From Felis catus (lineage: Eukaryota): DNA of 64,000 nt. Under the pieces are notes generated by a model. The model saw only the letters and a list, made by a program, of their open reading frames with translations, had not been told where the DNA came from and ran no database searches. This document shows, one piece after another, positions 26,788-40,090 of this stretch. The position numbers and the translations under genes are program-made. How positions within the stretch are numbered: position 1 is the first letter of the stretch; the number at the start of each line of letters is the position of its first letter. The stretch is taken from positions 28,398,001-28,462,000 of the forward strand of contig NC_058369.1 of the NCBI RefSeq assembly GCF_018350175.1. The letters are read 5' to 3'.

Positions 26788-27069
26788 TAAAATTTTTTTT
26801 TAAAAAGAAATATGGCAATTTCTCAGAAAGTTACACAGAGTTACCATATGACCCAGTAATTCTACTTCTTAGTATATATCCCAAAGGGGAAAAAAAAAGT
26901 ATATATATGGACACACAAAAACTTGTATACAAATGTTCATAGTGGCATTATTCATAATAGCTGAAAAGTGGAAACAATCTAAATGTCCATCTACTGATGA
27001 ACAGATAGACAAAATGAAGTATATCCATACAATGAGATATTATTCAGCAATAAAAAGTAATGGGATATT

Positions 27070-27287
27070 GGGGCACGTGGGTGGCTCAGTCAGTTGGGCG
27101 ACTGACTTCGGTTCAGGTCATGATCTCATGGTTCACGGGTTCGAGCCCCATGTCGGGCTCTGTGCTGACAGTTCGGAGCCTGGAGCCTGTTTCGGAATCT
27201 GTGACTCCCCCCCTCTCTCTGTCCCCTTCCCAGTTCATGCTCTGTCTCTGTCTCTCAAAAAATAAATAAAACGTTAAAGAAAATTTT
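27070..27287 (+). mobile_element. CanSINE
   Basis: TSD AAGTAATGGGATATT (27055-27069 / 27288-27302). Confidence 0.96.
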
Positions 27288-27649
27288 AAGTAATGGGATA
27301 TTGATACATGCTACAGCATGGATGAACTTTGAAAATATTGTGCTCAGCGAAAGAAGCCAGTCACAAAGACCACATATTGTCTGATTCCATTTATATGAAA
27401 TGCCCAGAATAGGCAAAGCCATAGCAACAGAAAGTAGATTGGTGGTTGCCACAGGCTAGAAAGAGGGGAAATGGGTAATGACAGCTAATGGGTACAGGGT
27501 TTCATTGTGGGGTGATGACAGTGTTCTGGAATTCACAACTTGGTGAATATACTAAAGCCACTGAACCATATACTTTAAGAGGGGTTAATATAGTACAGGA
27601 ATTGCAGCTCAATAAAAAAAAAATTTGGCAGAAAAAAAAATGTTAGCCT

Positions 27650-29100
27650 GTTGTGATTCTCACAATGGCCATTATAAGAAATCCATGATGATGATTATAA
27701 AAATGACCATTCTTGGGGAAAACTAAGAAAAAAGAATCCATGCAAATATAAAAGTCTATTGTTTTAAAAGCGTCAGTAAATGTTAAGGGAATGGGAAAAC
27801 GAAATTACCAAATAGATTTTCTCAGGTCACTTGGCTTCCTTTGTATCAAGAAATGGTCAACAAATATATAGCAGGCACACATAAAAGCTATTTGGAGACC
27901 TCTTGAGGTTAACAGCGTGCAACATATTGCCAAGGCCCCAGCCTGGCCAGGAATATTATTTATGTCACCCTTTCACGGCTGTATCAGTCTCCCATTAAAC
28001 ATTCAGAGCCTCCTTGTTAATAAACTACATTATGAGCTGGATGCATTGTGTGGATAAACTGCATTGTCCAAAATGCTGCCCCATTATTACAGAAAATGCA
28101 GAATGTAATTAGTATTCCTCTTTGCATAAGCCACAGCTTCCAAAACTGGTGGCATATTATAAAGCCTTAATTAATAAACAAGAGTTGGGCCATGACCGGT
28201 TACACTTATCTGAATTTTACATTGTGAAGAAAGGCCACTGTTCAAATTCCGTTTACAAATATCTAAATTCTGGCTAGCCTACATGAAGACAATCTAAACA
28301 GAAAGCCTGAGAATTCTGTGTTGCTAATAGCATTGTGTTGGTACACCAACAATAGCAAGCGATTAAGTGCTGGGACATAAACCATCCTGAGAAATGTTCG
28401 GAGTGGGATGATGATAACATTGTATTTCAGCTGTATTATATGGTGCAATTCTTCTATTTGTTCATATGCATTTCCCATTTAATGGATGGAGGAGCCAGGG
28501 TGGCTTTTCATATAACCGCAAAGCCCTAAATGTGACAAAAGAACAAAAAAAAAAGTGAGCTGGGAAAAAAAGAGAGAGAAGTGTGGGGTGCTGCTGGGTG
28601 GGAGCAGGGATACATCATGACGGAATATAAGTACACAGTCCCTTTCTGCATTTCCAGCTGCTCATTATTGATTTTCCCCTAACCTAACCCCAAAGGAGAG
28701 ACATTTATGTAAGCCATGAGCATTGAACTAATATTTGGGACCATAATATTGAGTAGCCCAGTTTATGAGCCTCGACTAAAGGAGCATTTGCATTAAACTG
28801 CAGTCACCTGATTAAAATCCGTCCACTCTACCATCTTGAGAATTACACAGCACCTGTTATGCTCAGCTGCAGGTTCTCTGCACACTGAGAGGGAGCACAA
28901 TCACAGGTCAGCAACGAGGCAGACCGGGAGAGGGAAGGGAGGGGGAGAGCATGCGATGTGTGTTGAGAAGCAGATCCTATTAAAGACCGCCAGTGCTCAA
29001 ATCTGAAAAGAGTCCTAAGCCTACTGCAAATACAGAGCTGTGTGAACATGATAATTCTCTCAACAAAGTCCATAATAATGGCTTCTAGGGGCACTGTGAA
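27650..29100. promoter_or_regulatory. Candidate enhancer / conserved non-coding block
   Basis: No recognisable repeat; five CATTGT SOX motifs within 380 bp, two perfect octamers, TAATTA homeodomain sites. Confidence 0.4.
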
Positions 29101-29575
29101 AACAGGGTGGCTGAGAGAGTGTTACAGCTCAGTGAAGAGGGACGGGCCCAGCAATGGAGTGTGGCATACCCAGGAAGCCCGGGGAAACGGTCCCTGCCTC
29201 CGCAGCATCAGCAAGTGCCTGTGGAGCCCAAGCCCAGGGGCTTTCAGCAGCATGAACGAGCTGTCTTAGATCACTGCCCTTTCCATCAGTTCCAGGCACC
29301 AGGCACAGGCTCAAAGTCCTATCGGTCTTGGCGGGACCTGCTCACTGTGACCACAAAGATGGCATTTGAATCAGTAATAGGCTGTAAGAGGCCACCTTCA
29401 TGCATGCGGAGTCCTCTCCCTGAGACACCGGTTTGGGTGCTAGATCCATGCCATCTAGCCGTATGATCTTGGACAAACAGGCTTGCTCAACTTTCAATCA
29501 GAGGGTGGAGTCAGATAATGACCACATGTGAAATGAATGTATGAGTGAATGAATGAGTGAATACAATCCCTACAG

Positions 29576-30283
29576 CAGAGTTTTTCAATCTCAGCACGAT
29601 TAACTTTGCGGACCAGAGAATTCCTTGTGGGGGACTGTCCTATGCATTGCAGGATGTGAAGAAGAGGAAGAACTTCCCTTCCACCCATCTAGGTGCTGTG
29701 GCTTGTCTAAAAATTTAATTGGTATGAGACAGATTAATAGAGAAAGAAAAAAAATTAATGACATATATACTGATGGGAGCCCCACAGACAGGAAACTCGA
29801 AAGGCCAGATGATTGAAGATTATATTCCCTCCAGAGCTAAGAAAAGGTATCGAGGTCTGGGGTTTCAAAGTGGGGAACACAATCATGAGAAGGTGCGAAG
29901 AGGAGAGGTTTGGTGAACAAAGGTTGCCTGCCACGCGGATTAAGTCTCAGGGTAATAGCTCTCTGCCATGCAGATAAGTCTCTGCCAGAGCTCTCTTCCT
30001 GGTATGGCCACCCTATCTGATGTAAATCTCCTTTACAAACATAACCTCTATTCCGTTTCCAGAGCTTCTCCTGTGTCTGCAGTTTCTCAAAATAATTACA
30101 TCAAAATAACCCATATGCCCAAGCAGCGTGTTTTGGCATGGCACATTCTGTTCCCCTAAAGATGTCTGTGGCATTCCTGGCCTCCCCTGACTAGATAGGA
30201 ATAGTACACAGCCCCTCTCAGTTATGACAACCAAATCAGTCTCCAGACATTGCCACAATAGCTTCCCATCGAAAATCACCTCT
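29576..30283. mobile_element. MER20 split by an LTR
   Basis: Left part 'cagagtttttcaatctcagcac...gcattgcaggatg'; right part 'ggcattcctggcctc...ctccagacattgcca'. Confidence 0.85.
29657..30160 (-). mobile_element. ERV1 solo LTR (MER34-like)
   Basis: 4-bp TSD GATG (29653-29656 / 30161-30164); end 'ttttggcatggcacattctgttcccct' typical of MER34-group LTRs. Confidence 0.8.
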
Positions 30284-31034
30284 AATTTTAGAGTCCAGGA
30301 TTTTAGAGTGCATAACTTAATGCACCATACAACTTAGATAGTGCCCTGTAATTATTAGGAAAGCATACGCTGACACCTTCAACATCACTGGAAGCCCACT
30401 TCAACAAAAATTGTATTGAGCACCTATGGTATGCCAAGTAGAAGGATAAATGGGAAGAGGCTTTTCTGACCTCTGAGGAGCTCAGAATGTAAGTGAAAGG
30501 GGGCGTTTCACAGTCAAAGAAACAAGGGGAATATTCTTCTCTAGGTCAAAGAGAAGGGGAATGTTCAGCTCACCATCTTTCTAATCAATAAGAAAATATC
30601 CTTTTATGTGAGGAGACACAGGCAAGAAGTCAGAGCATAATGCTTTGCTGTTAAAAGATTTGTGCATATATCAGAGTTGCTTTCATTTGATGAGGTGAAT
30701 TTTTGGTCATTCTGACTCCCTTTAGTTGTTGTTTACTGCTGTTGTTTCTTGATAGGTGGGGACCTCAGACTGAGAAAAGACCATCTTATGAGGTGGTTTA
30801 GCCTGAGCAGAAGCCCAGATAAAACAGCTCTAGCATGAGACTGCCACCGACTTGCTGTGTGACCCCTGGAAATTCATGAACCCTGCCAGTCCTCAAGTCC
30901 TTTTCTATGAAAAGGAGATAATCATTGCAAAGTGGTTAGCATGGTTCCCATCACAAAGTAAAACCGTGAAACCAAGAGCCATTATCATTGTTGTGGATGT
31001 TGTTGCCTCTCTATTTTATTAAGGATTGATTGTT

Positions 31035-31220
31035 CTTTTTCTTGTGGTAAAATACACAGAACATAGAATTTACCCCTTAAGCATTTCTAAGTGTACAGAT
31101 CAGTGGCATTAAGTACAGTCACATTGCCATGCAACTATCACCACCTCCAGAACTATCCACCTCCAGAACTTTCTTCATCTTCTCAAACTAAAGCTCTCCT
31201 TACCTCCCCTTCCCCCATGA
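31035..31220 (-). mobile_element. L1MB-like 3' end fragment
   Basis: 'aagtgtacagatcagtggcattaagtacagtcacattgccatgcaactatcaccac'. Confidence 0.8.
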
Positions 31221-31286
31221 TTGTTTTTCTAAACGAGGTCTTATCCCCCAACATACCTTCTGAGGAAATGAGGACCATCTTCGGTC

Positions 31287-31742
31287 TGACAAAGACTCTC
31301 TCCCTGACTAAACTTTGGTCGGGCTCCTCTAATCCCTCAACCTTGGCTTGTTTGTGGGATCTGCATAGCCCAGTTGTACCCCCAAATCTTGCTAAGTTAG
31401 TTTAGAAAAAAAATCCACTCTTAATATCTAATCACTGTTGATATCTGACCAAATTCCTCATCCTCTACCCTTGGTATCTGATCACCCTGGCCTGCCTTCA
31501 GCAAGAACCCCGTTAGGTCAGCTTGGTTAAGATTTACCCTACCCTCTTAGAAATTTCCCATCCACTGACTCCTACCCTGATCCTTGACTATAAATCCCCA
31601 CTTATTCACACTTCTTTAGGTATTGAACCCAGCTCTACGCTGAGCTTTCTTGTCCTCTATTACAACAGTTCCAGAATAAAATCTTTTGTTTATTTGTTTG
31701 TTTGCCTCTCTCACTATGGTCAGGTTTGGGTTTTCTCTAACA
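31287..31742 (+). mobile_element. MER31-like ERV1 solo LTR
   Basis: Starts 'TGacaaagactctctccctgactaaactttggtcgggctcctct'; TATAAA and AATAAA present; ends CA. Confidence 0.85.
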
Positions 31743-32866
31743 ACCTATCAGTGTAACTTAAGGAAATTCAGGAAACCGAACAAACCCTAGAAACTGAATA
31801 GAAACAGTCCTTAAAATAGCCATTCAGGGTGATGTTGATGAGTTTGGTATCCATCAGCCACCTCCGAGGAGCTACATGTAAGTGATTCAAGGCATCTTGA
31901 GGCAATGAGGAGAGGATTCCAGACTTTAGCACAATGGCTCCTAACTGTGGGGCCGTCTCATTTACCATTGTACGAGGACTCAGCACACTTCAGCTAACAC
32001 TGGAACATCTAATCAACATTGTTCCAGAAGGAACTCCTTGGACATACTTATTTGGTAGCCTGGAATCAGTGAGCAAAGACTAGGTGTTGGATCTAAATTA
32101 TCAAAGGCACTTGCTTTTTCACAGAAAGTGAACAAACCTCCTTGGTCAAGAATCCACCTGTTTTTGCAGAAGCACTGTCAGGGAAGAAAACTTCTCGTTT
32201 ATAGCCGACTCCTCAAAATAGCTAAAGAGTTGTTAATTTCACCTCAAACATCGGCTTCAGCACCTACTGTGTTATGCCAAGTTATTTTCTATCCACTGTC
32301 ATTTCTGGTCCTATTGCAATTGAGTTTAAGGTGTTTGTAGACAGGAACCCTGTCTGAGCTGTCAGCACCTTGCCTGATCATCTTCCAGCCAGTGGTCAGG
32401 CAGCAGCACACAGCTAAGGATGCCCTGAAGCAGACTGTCGAGGAAACTGGCCAATAAGACCAGCACTCTGTGTTCCACGGCAGAAGCCAATTCTGCTGTA
32501 TTTCCAGTGGGACCTCTCAAGACAGTCTCCACTTGGACTCAGCTGATAACATGTATGGTACATCCGTCACCATATGTTCAGGCATATTGACCTTGTAACA
32601 GTCCCCAGACATTTCAATCCACTGGCAGCCCTGTGACTTCTACCCGTAGACCACTTTGCCTCAATGCCCTCTCCTCTCCCCCTCTTATCCATAAATTAGA
32701 ACCTAGCAAAATGTCATCTCCCTTGAGAAGTCTTTCCTGCAGCCCCTAAGCAGAAGTGGAGATGGCTGTGTTGAAAGGGAAGAAAACAACGACTGAAATC
32801 TCCACACTGAATCTGTACTTTGATTTATTTCAAAAGATGTGGTGTGATACACGGCATAATATATGG

Positions 32867-33031
32867 CAATATTTTCCAAGTCTTAAAATCATCCATCATA
32901 GTGAACTGGGAACTTTTGAAAAATACAGAGCCCAGGCTCTTCCCTGGCTGAGATACTGGACACCAGCTCACGGCCCAAGAAGCTGCATTATTTAAAAGCT
33001 TCCCAAGATATTCTGATGCACAAATGCACTG
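32867..33031. mobile_element. MER5-family MITE
   Basis: 'tttaaaagcttcccaagatattctgatgca'. Confidence 0.6.
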
Positions 33032-33341
33032 GAAAGAAGAGCCAGGCATTACTACTGTGTGCTTGCAAGCAAGTCACTTTGCTTCTCTGAGCCTGTTTTC
33101 TCACCTCAACCCCTGAAAGTGAGAATGCCCACCTCAGAATGTTTGGGGGAAAACAGAGAGGATGAGCACAAAACCCTTAACCCATAGCCTCAGTAAGTAG
33201 AGCTATGACCGTGATTACTATGGATTTCCTTAAAAAACTGCTTTCCACTTCTCAGAATCAACAGTTCAGTTTACAAAACCCTCCTCTTTCAGAGAACAAG
33301 TTACCAAAGAGTAAGAGGGAATCACACCCAGATGATACAAA

Positions 33342-33342
<1 letters not shown>

Positions 33343-33374
<32 letters not shown>

Positions 33375-33376
33375 CG
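33343..33376 (+). repeat. (CAA)n microsatellite
   Basis: Direct reading. Confidence 0.95.
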
Positions 33377-35386
33377 AAAGAAACAGTGAGAAGTAGTTCA
33401 TGTAGAAAACAGGTCATGAGCATGTAATCTGGTTTTTCTGAGGGCCTATATTCTTCTTTCCTACTGCCCATTTCTGCTGATTGAAACTATTCCCCAGTAG
33501 CCGAAATCATCAACATATGTAAGTCCATCCAATGGTAGCTATTGTAGAGAACTACCCCACCTTATAAAATGAGTCAGGCTTTTGTGTCTCTCATAGACCA
33601 ATACTTTAACACTTTGATACCTGAAATAAAGTATTTGCACCACAAGAATAATGTGTTTTGTGACTAGCAGGCTATAGCACAGTGTTCTGCTTTTAGAAGC
33701 CCTGGGTTAATTGTTCCCTCAACTGAAGATGAGTCACCACCATCTTGCTTTTACTTAGTGGGGGAAGCCAAACAATGGCTCCATGTCCCTGAACTCAGAG
33801 TGCTGAGTCCTAGAAAAATGCCCAAATATAGACTGTTTCGTATCACTTACGGATATCAAACGATAGGATACCATGACAGCCACAACTAATCAAAGTCCCC
33901 TGCAGGTAATTCCCCATAAAGACATGGCAATGAGAAAGCAGGAACAGTTTCACAGCTGAGGAGAGAGGAGAAAAAAAATACTGTGCAGTAGAAGGATGCC
34001 TTCCTATCATATCCCCTTTTCAGATGGCTGCCCTACAGGTTAAAGATATAGACACTACCCAGGTCTTCTCCAGAAGAACAGACCTTTGGAGGGCTCATCC
34101 TGGCTCCACCCCCTCCTCCCCCCCTCCCCACCCCCCCAATGCTCCCCCCCACCCCACCCCCACCCCTGGCCAACACCAGCAGAACAGAGTTTGATGCAGT
34201 GCTGAGCAGCAGCATTATAAATACCAGCTTCTGGGGGCAGTGCAGCCAGAAGCAGAATCCACTCATTAGCTGAGCAACTGGCTTAGTCACCTCTTTTAGG
34301 CTCTGGACTTCTGTCTCTGTTTGGAACAATAAAATATGCAGCTTCTAAGGTCATAGTGCAGATTACATTGTACGGAAACCCTTCATACATGTTCAACTAA
34401 AATGTTGATACTATTATTATTGTTGGATTTTATTATTGTTATTAATATCAAGCGAATATCAGCAAGTATCAGTGTCCCCTGGATGTCACCTAAGAGATAA
34501 TGAACTTGTATTGTTCCAGGCCCTGGGGATACAGGTGCAAGTAGCATAGACACAATCTGCACCTCTATGAAGTGCACTGTCTACCTCAAAGGTACAAAAG
34601 TGTGTGTGTGTCTGTATGTGTTTGTGTGTGTGTTTGGCCTGCACATTGTTTACAAGCAAGACAAAACATTTAGCAAAATACTAAATTGGGCGACTTCACC
34701 CAAAAGTCCAGAGTTCTGGCTTCTTTTTGAAAACATCAGAAAAACTGGGAGGACAGGAGATGTCTCTCCACAGGCCTACCTGTTCTGCTAGAGCCCTCAC
34801 ATGTCCCCAAAGAGTGGCCCACTGGCTTCTCTATTAAGAGAAAACTCCCTCTGGCTACACATGATGAGGGCCCTGGGGCAGTTAGTAGCAACAAGTAAGC
34901 TGAGGACTCCGATGTGGAGGACCAAAACAGAAGCAAGGAAGGAGAAAAGACACCTGGCCCTCACTTTCTGTCACAGGGTTTATTTGTCTCTCAGCTCAGC
35001 TCATTTTGTTTGGCTGGACACAGAAAACCCTAGAGGGGAATTCTGGTTCCAACTTGCTCTTTGCACAGCTAATTATTTGGGGCTCCCAGAAGGTTGGAGA
35101 GAACAATAATTTCCCCAGCAGTTGTAGTTGGACTAGCATACTTCCTTTTGTTCACCCCAGAGGTCAGAACCCATGGAAGGAGAGCTATTTGTTCTGGTCT
35201 TAAACCAAATCTGCCCAGAGACACAGACAGATGTTCTGACCTGAGACCAGGAAAGCTACTATTTCAATGCCTGGCAAAATTCTCCTCTCCTGCCTTCCCT
35301 GGCAGCCTACAGACTCAAAACATGCATTTGCCTTGTTGAACCATTTACTTCTCTCCCTTGCAAAAACTAAGTAACATTCAGAAAAG

Positions 35387-35387
<1 letters not shown>

Positions 35388-35430
<43 letters not shown>
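35388..35430 (+). repeat. (CA)n microsatellite
   Basis: Direct reading. Confidence 0.97.
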
Positions 35431-35431
<1 letters not shown>

Positions 35432-35914
35432 GTATGTCCTGGAGTTGCATCCTTCCTTGCAAGGGAGATATAGCCTGTTCCCTAGGCACATAGGACAAAG
35501 ACAAATGGGGGCGTTAATTGGAATGGGTCAGTGTAACAAACAAAACTCATTTGTACGCAACTAACCAGTAAGTATCCACAACATCATTCTAATAGGGAAT
35601 GCATGACAAGTCCCTTAAAAACAAGGAAACAGGAGAGAAAATATACGTTCCATAGCTGTAAACCCAATAACAATAGAAACACCTCCCAGAGAGAATGTTC
35701 CTACGTCCTCCTAAAATCATTATCATCAATGGAGTCTCTCATTTTAAAGAGAAAGAAATGGAAGCACTTCGTTACTATAGGCTACTTCTAGCCTTCCTTA
35801 GTCTGAGTACATGTTTACTCCTGCCTGTTTCAGTAGAGATTCATTTGGATTTTTTGTCAACTAGATAAATTCCTCAAAGACAACGTAAGGCCCATTATCT
35901 GATTAAACATATAC

Positions 35915-36560
35915 TCAAGTTTATTTATTCATCCAATCACGCAATACATATTATTGAGCACTTCCTAAAAACCAGGCATCATGCTAGGTGCTGGAGATAC
36001 TAAGACAAGTCAAAACAAAGACAGGCCCTGCTCTGAAAGAATCCCAGGGAAGGCAGATATTAATCAAAAGACCTGCATAAATATAACTGACCCTCTGTAA
36101 GGTGTATAAGGAGAGGTATTGAGGGCCAGAGGATCTGTAAGAAAGAGATACTCCAGTTAGGGGGTAGAGGGGTAGAGGGGTAGAGAAAGTATATCAGAAA
36201 TAAAAACTCTTGAGCTGAGATTTATAGACTGTAGGAACCAGCCCTGTAGCAAGACTGTGCAGAATGAATAGAAGGACTACCTAAATGCCAGTGTGATTGG
36301 AATGGATAGTCTAAGGGACAGAGTGACAAGAATAGAGTGTTAGTGGGGACCATGCAAGGCCTTTTAGGCCACTGCAAGGATTAGAAACAATGGGAAGCCA
36401 GTTAGAGATGTTCAAGCAGGGAGCAGCATCAGTAGTTGATATGCTTTGAAAAAAATAGATGGGGTAGGGAGGATGCCACGTGGGTCAAGGGTAAGCCAGT
36501 TAGTTCAGCTCTCCCAGACTACAGAAGTTTTGGTGAGATGGTGATTTTGTCTTGGATGGT
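35915..36560 (-). mobile_element. L2 fragment
   Basis: 'ttattgagcacttcctaaaaaccaggcatcatgctaggtgctggagatac' L2 3' end, reversed. Confidence 0.7.
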
Positions 36561-37293
36561 ATAGTACCAGATGTGACGGAGTGAAGTTGACCCATTCTAA
36601 CAATGTTTGCTGTGGGATCAACCCAAGGTGCCAAAGGCATCTCGATGGCACAAGACTGCTACTAACTGTAATCCCTGCTTCTGTGAAGCTGAGTAAAGAC
36701 TTTTAGAAAGTCCAAACCAAACAGAACCTGAGCATGTCTATGTATTCTTGTCCCCAGCATCAGGGTACCACTATGCACTCAGAATCATCATAGTCTCTAG
36801 CTGAATTTACAAATCCTGCTCCACAGGAAAACCAATTAAATAGGCAGGGAAGAAAATGCTCACCATTGAGTACTGAAAGGAAAGATGACAGATAACAAGT
36901 AGGTTTCAGTGGAAGTGGGTAAAATGTTGAATTTCCCTTCTGGTGTCATTTCCACGGCTCCCAATTTTTTAAAAAATATATATAATTTGATTAATCAGAC
37001 TATGGGTCAATCAACTGTTCCAGAAGGACAGCTCCTGTGGTCATAAATCTTTGCTATTGCCTGCAGCTGACATGGTCTCAGTCCATGGGACAGTAAACAG
37101 CAAAAGACAAATGTTTCTCTTCATTTCCCCCAAAGGGAGTTAAGCAATGAGTAATAAAAGGATATAAATTATTCACAGTGCTTTCAAGAAGTTTATGATT
37201 CAAGGTTTGGGAGAAATAATGAAAGAAGGGGGTAGGGGAGAGTCATAAAATAGGATCCTGAATGAACAAATTTCTTTTTAAAATGTAGGAGTG

Positions 37294-37512
37294 GGGGCAC
37301 CTGGGTGGCTCTGTCAGTTAAGTGTCAGACACTTGATCTGGTCATGATCCCATGGTTCGTAAGTTCAAGCCTCACATCAGGCTCTGTGCTGAGAGGGCAG
37401 AGCCTGCTTGAGATTTTCTCTCTCCCTCTCTACCTGCCCCTCCCCTTTGCATGCTCTCTCTGTCTCTCAAAAAAATAAATATTTTTTAATATTAAAAGAA
37501 ATAAAAAATAAA
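37294..37512 (+). mobile_element. CanSINE
   Basis: Canonical head, CT tract and tail. Confidence 0.93.
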
Positions 37513-39580
37513 ATGAGAATGAACTTCTGAGGTAGGCTCAACTCACCACACACAGGGCTCCAGGACTGGCAACAGAGGCCTTAATTCTTCTATAGAATGG
37601 TTCATTCATTCCTCACATGTGTTTGCACAATCATTATTAACCTATGGTCACCTGAGGAGAGCTCAGTTTCTGTCAATCAGTTTCTCTCAACTTTTGTGGA
37701 AATGGAGAGGCGGCCAGGCGTTCTGCACTGAATGCTCTCCCTCGCTGATCCTGCAGCACTGCCCTCCTCAGCTGCTCCTGGCTCATTCCCACCCCTCCTC
37801 CACAGTCCAGATGTTACTTCCTTAGAACACCATCCTGGATTCTGCGCTCAGTCAAGTGCCCCTGCTCTGGGCTCTCCCTGGGCTTACCTCAATTACGTTT
37901 AGGTAGCATTTAATGATAATTAGATGGTGTGCAAGCTTGTTGATGGCAGGGACTGTCTTTGTCATTCTCATCTCCCCAGCCCCTCGTTCAGCACAATCCA
38001 CGTACAAAGTGCCCAATAAAGCTCTGGCGAATGAATAAAAAAACACAATGCTTGATGCCCAACTTCAAGGAACTTTCAGTATAGTTAGTGAAGACACAAC
38101 CTTATGAAGTATAACCCAGCACAAAGCAATATAAAACAAGCGCCTTGTGAGTACTAAAATAGGTATTCAGAGAAAGCAGATTACTTTGGTCTGGGATGAC
38201 AAGAGCAACAGTGGCAACTCCCTGAGTGTCTATGACACCAACACCATGTTACTCGTCTTCATAAATGGTCTTGCAGCACAATAGTTTTATACCCATTGAC
38301 AAATAAGGAACCCAAGGTTCAGAGAGGTTAACTGATTTTTCAAGGTCACATAGCTGGCAGCCAACAAAAACAGGATTTGAATTCTGAAGACAAGATTCCG
38401 TAATTCTGAGAATGGGAAGATGGGCATCCACCTGTGAGAACACAGACAAATATACAAAGGTGCTCTGGGGCAATGCCTGTCCTGGGGACTAACAGTTTTT
38501 TTTTTAAAAAGATACAGTTGATGCCATGTAGAGATGCTGGGCATGCCAAGGCTAGGAAGCAAGCTGTGTCTAGAGTGCAGGGGCCTTGAGCACCAGGCTG
38601 AGGAACCTGCATCAGTCTGTGGGCACCTCAGAGCCACTGGTAGCTTAACAGCAGAGGAAACATGATCAGAGGGCACCCTCTGAAAGACTAAGTGGTGGGC
38701 ATAAGCCGGACTGGGAGACAAGAGGGGGGTTCACAGAGAAGGAAACCAACTCAAGCCTAGTGCAACTTTCTAATTCTAAAGGCACTGATTTCTTGGAGGC
38801 GAAAGGATTGATACAAGCCAGACTGACAGAAGAAACCATCAGCCCTCAATGGTTGAATTTCTGTGGGTCTGAAAGAGAAAGAAACGAAAGTGACTTACGA
38901 GTGTTAAGCCAAGATACAGGGACACTAATGACAAAGCCAGCCAGGAGAAGGTACTGGTTTGAGAAGAAAAGTTTTAAACATGCTAACTACGGCACTACAG
39001 GGAAAATCTCTAAAAACCAGCTAGAAATGTGGGCCCAGAAAGTCAGCATGATGAGTGCAAGATATGGAACTTGGGAGCCATATGCCTCAAAGTACAAACA
39101 GAAGTCCCAGGAAAGATGGCTAGACCTTCAAGGGCTGAGGAGTGGAGGAAGAGGGTTGGAAGGTATGCAGCAAGTCTCAGTAAACACTCACATTTTGATG
39201 GCAGGAGTCTGCAGATGAACAAGTGACAGGACTAAAGAATTAAGATCTAAATGCCCAATATGAACCAGCCACAATGCCAGGAACTTTTTACACCTTATTC
39301 CATGAGACATTACTACCTTATTTGATAAAAACAGATGTGGGGAAGTAATATGTCTTGCCGAAGGTCATACGACTAGCCAGGGACAGAGGTGGGATCGCAG
39401 CCATGTTTGTCAGACTCGGGGAGCATTTAGCTCATGCCATCCTGCCTCCCCGAACAGGGTTGTGGTAAGGAGGCCAGGGGGGAGAAATAATTTTCAGGAA
39501 TAAAGATGATGAACCCAGTCAAGGGCAATGAGGACTGAGAAGAAGCCACTAAATCTGAGGACTCATCTCTCAGAGGGAGT

Positions 39581-40090
39581 TGTGGCATAAGGCCTAAAAT
39601 TAAGGGGACCATTCTGTGCTGCCTTGACATGTGGGGGAAACTGGGGTAACTCTGAATGGCCTAACTGCAAGTCCCTCTTCCACTCTGCTCCTGGGGATAA
39701 AGTCCCTCAGCCAAACAACTGTCCCTACGATGGGGACCAAGCATGGCTCCTGTTATCCCTAAGCAAAGGGTTTCAGTTTCCTGTCAGCACGTGGAATCAT
39801 TCAAACAAGCCAAGTACATCTTCCTGCAGAAATCGGGGGTCACTCTACCTCTTGATGCTACGAAGCCTGCCTCTCACAGCCCTTGGCTGTTCACTCTGTG
39901 CCCACATACAAGCCTCCTTGTGGCCTTGGGGCGTGTAACACCCTCCTCTCCTTGGCTTTGAGTAGATGTAACTAATAAAATACTGTTGATCTCGTCTGTC
40001 AAGTGTTGGGTATCATGTGTTAGGCCGTGCCCATAACCATATGGCGGAATCTTTCCCTTTACCAATTGGGTGAATAGAGTGATTAAAACA
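39581..40090 (+). mobile_element. ERVL solo LTR (MER74/MER73-like)
   Basis: TG...CA; 'ggcctaaaattaag...gctgccttgaca', AATAAA near 39975. Confidence 0.7.

Larger units (their letters stand above)
26213..27634 (+). mobile_element. 5'-truncated L1MB-like LINE-1 inserted into a MIR, carrying three SINEs
   Basis: 'MFIVALFIIAEKWKQSKCPSTDE' (ORF2 end); AATAAA plus A tail; TSD AAAAAATG(G/T)TAGCCT at 26198-26212 / 27635-27649. Confidence 0.9.

Noticed and set aside
29224..29247. RE1/REST-like TTCAGCAGCATGAACGAGCTG
   Set aside because: Mismatches in both RE1 half-site cores
38760..39218. 152-aa ORF
   Set aside because: Lies in purine-rich L2-like remnant; no homology recognised
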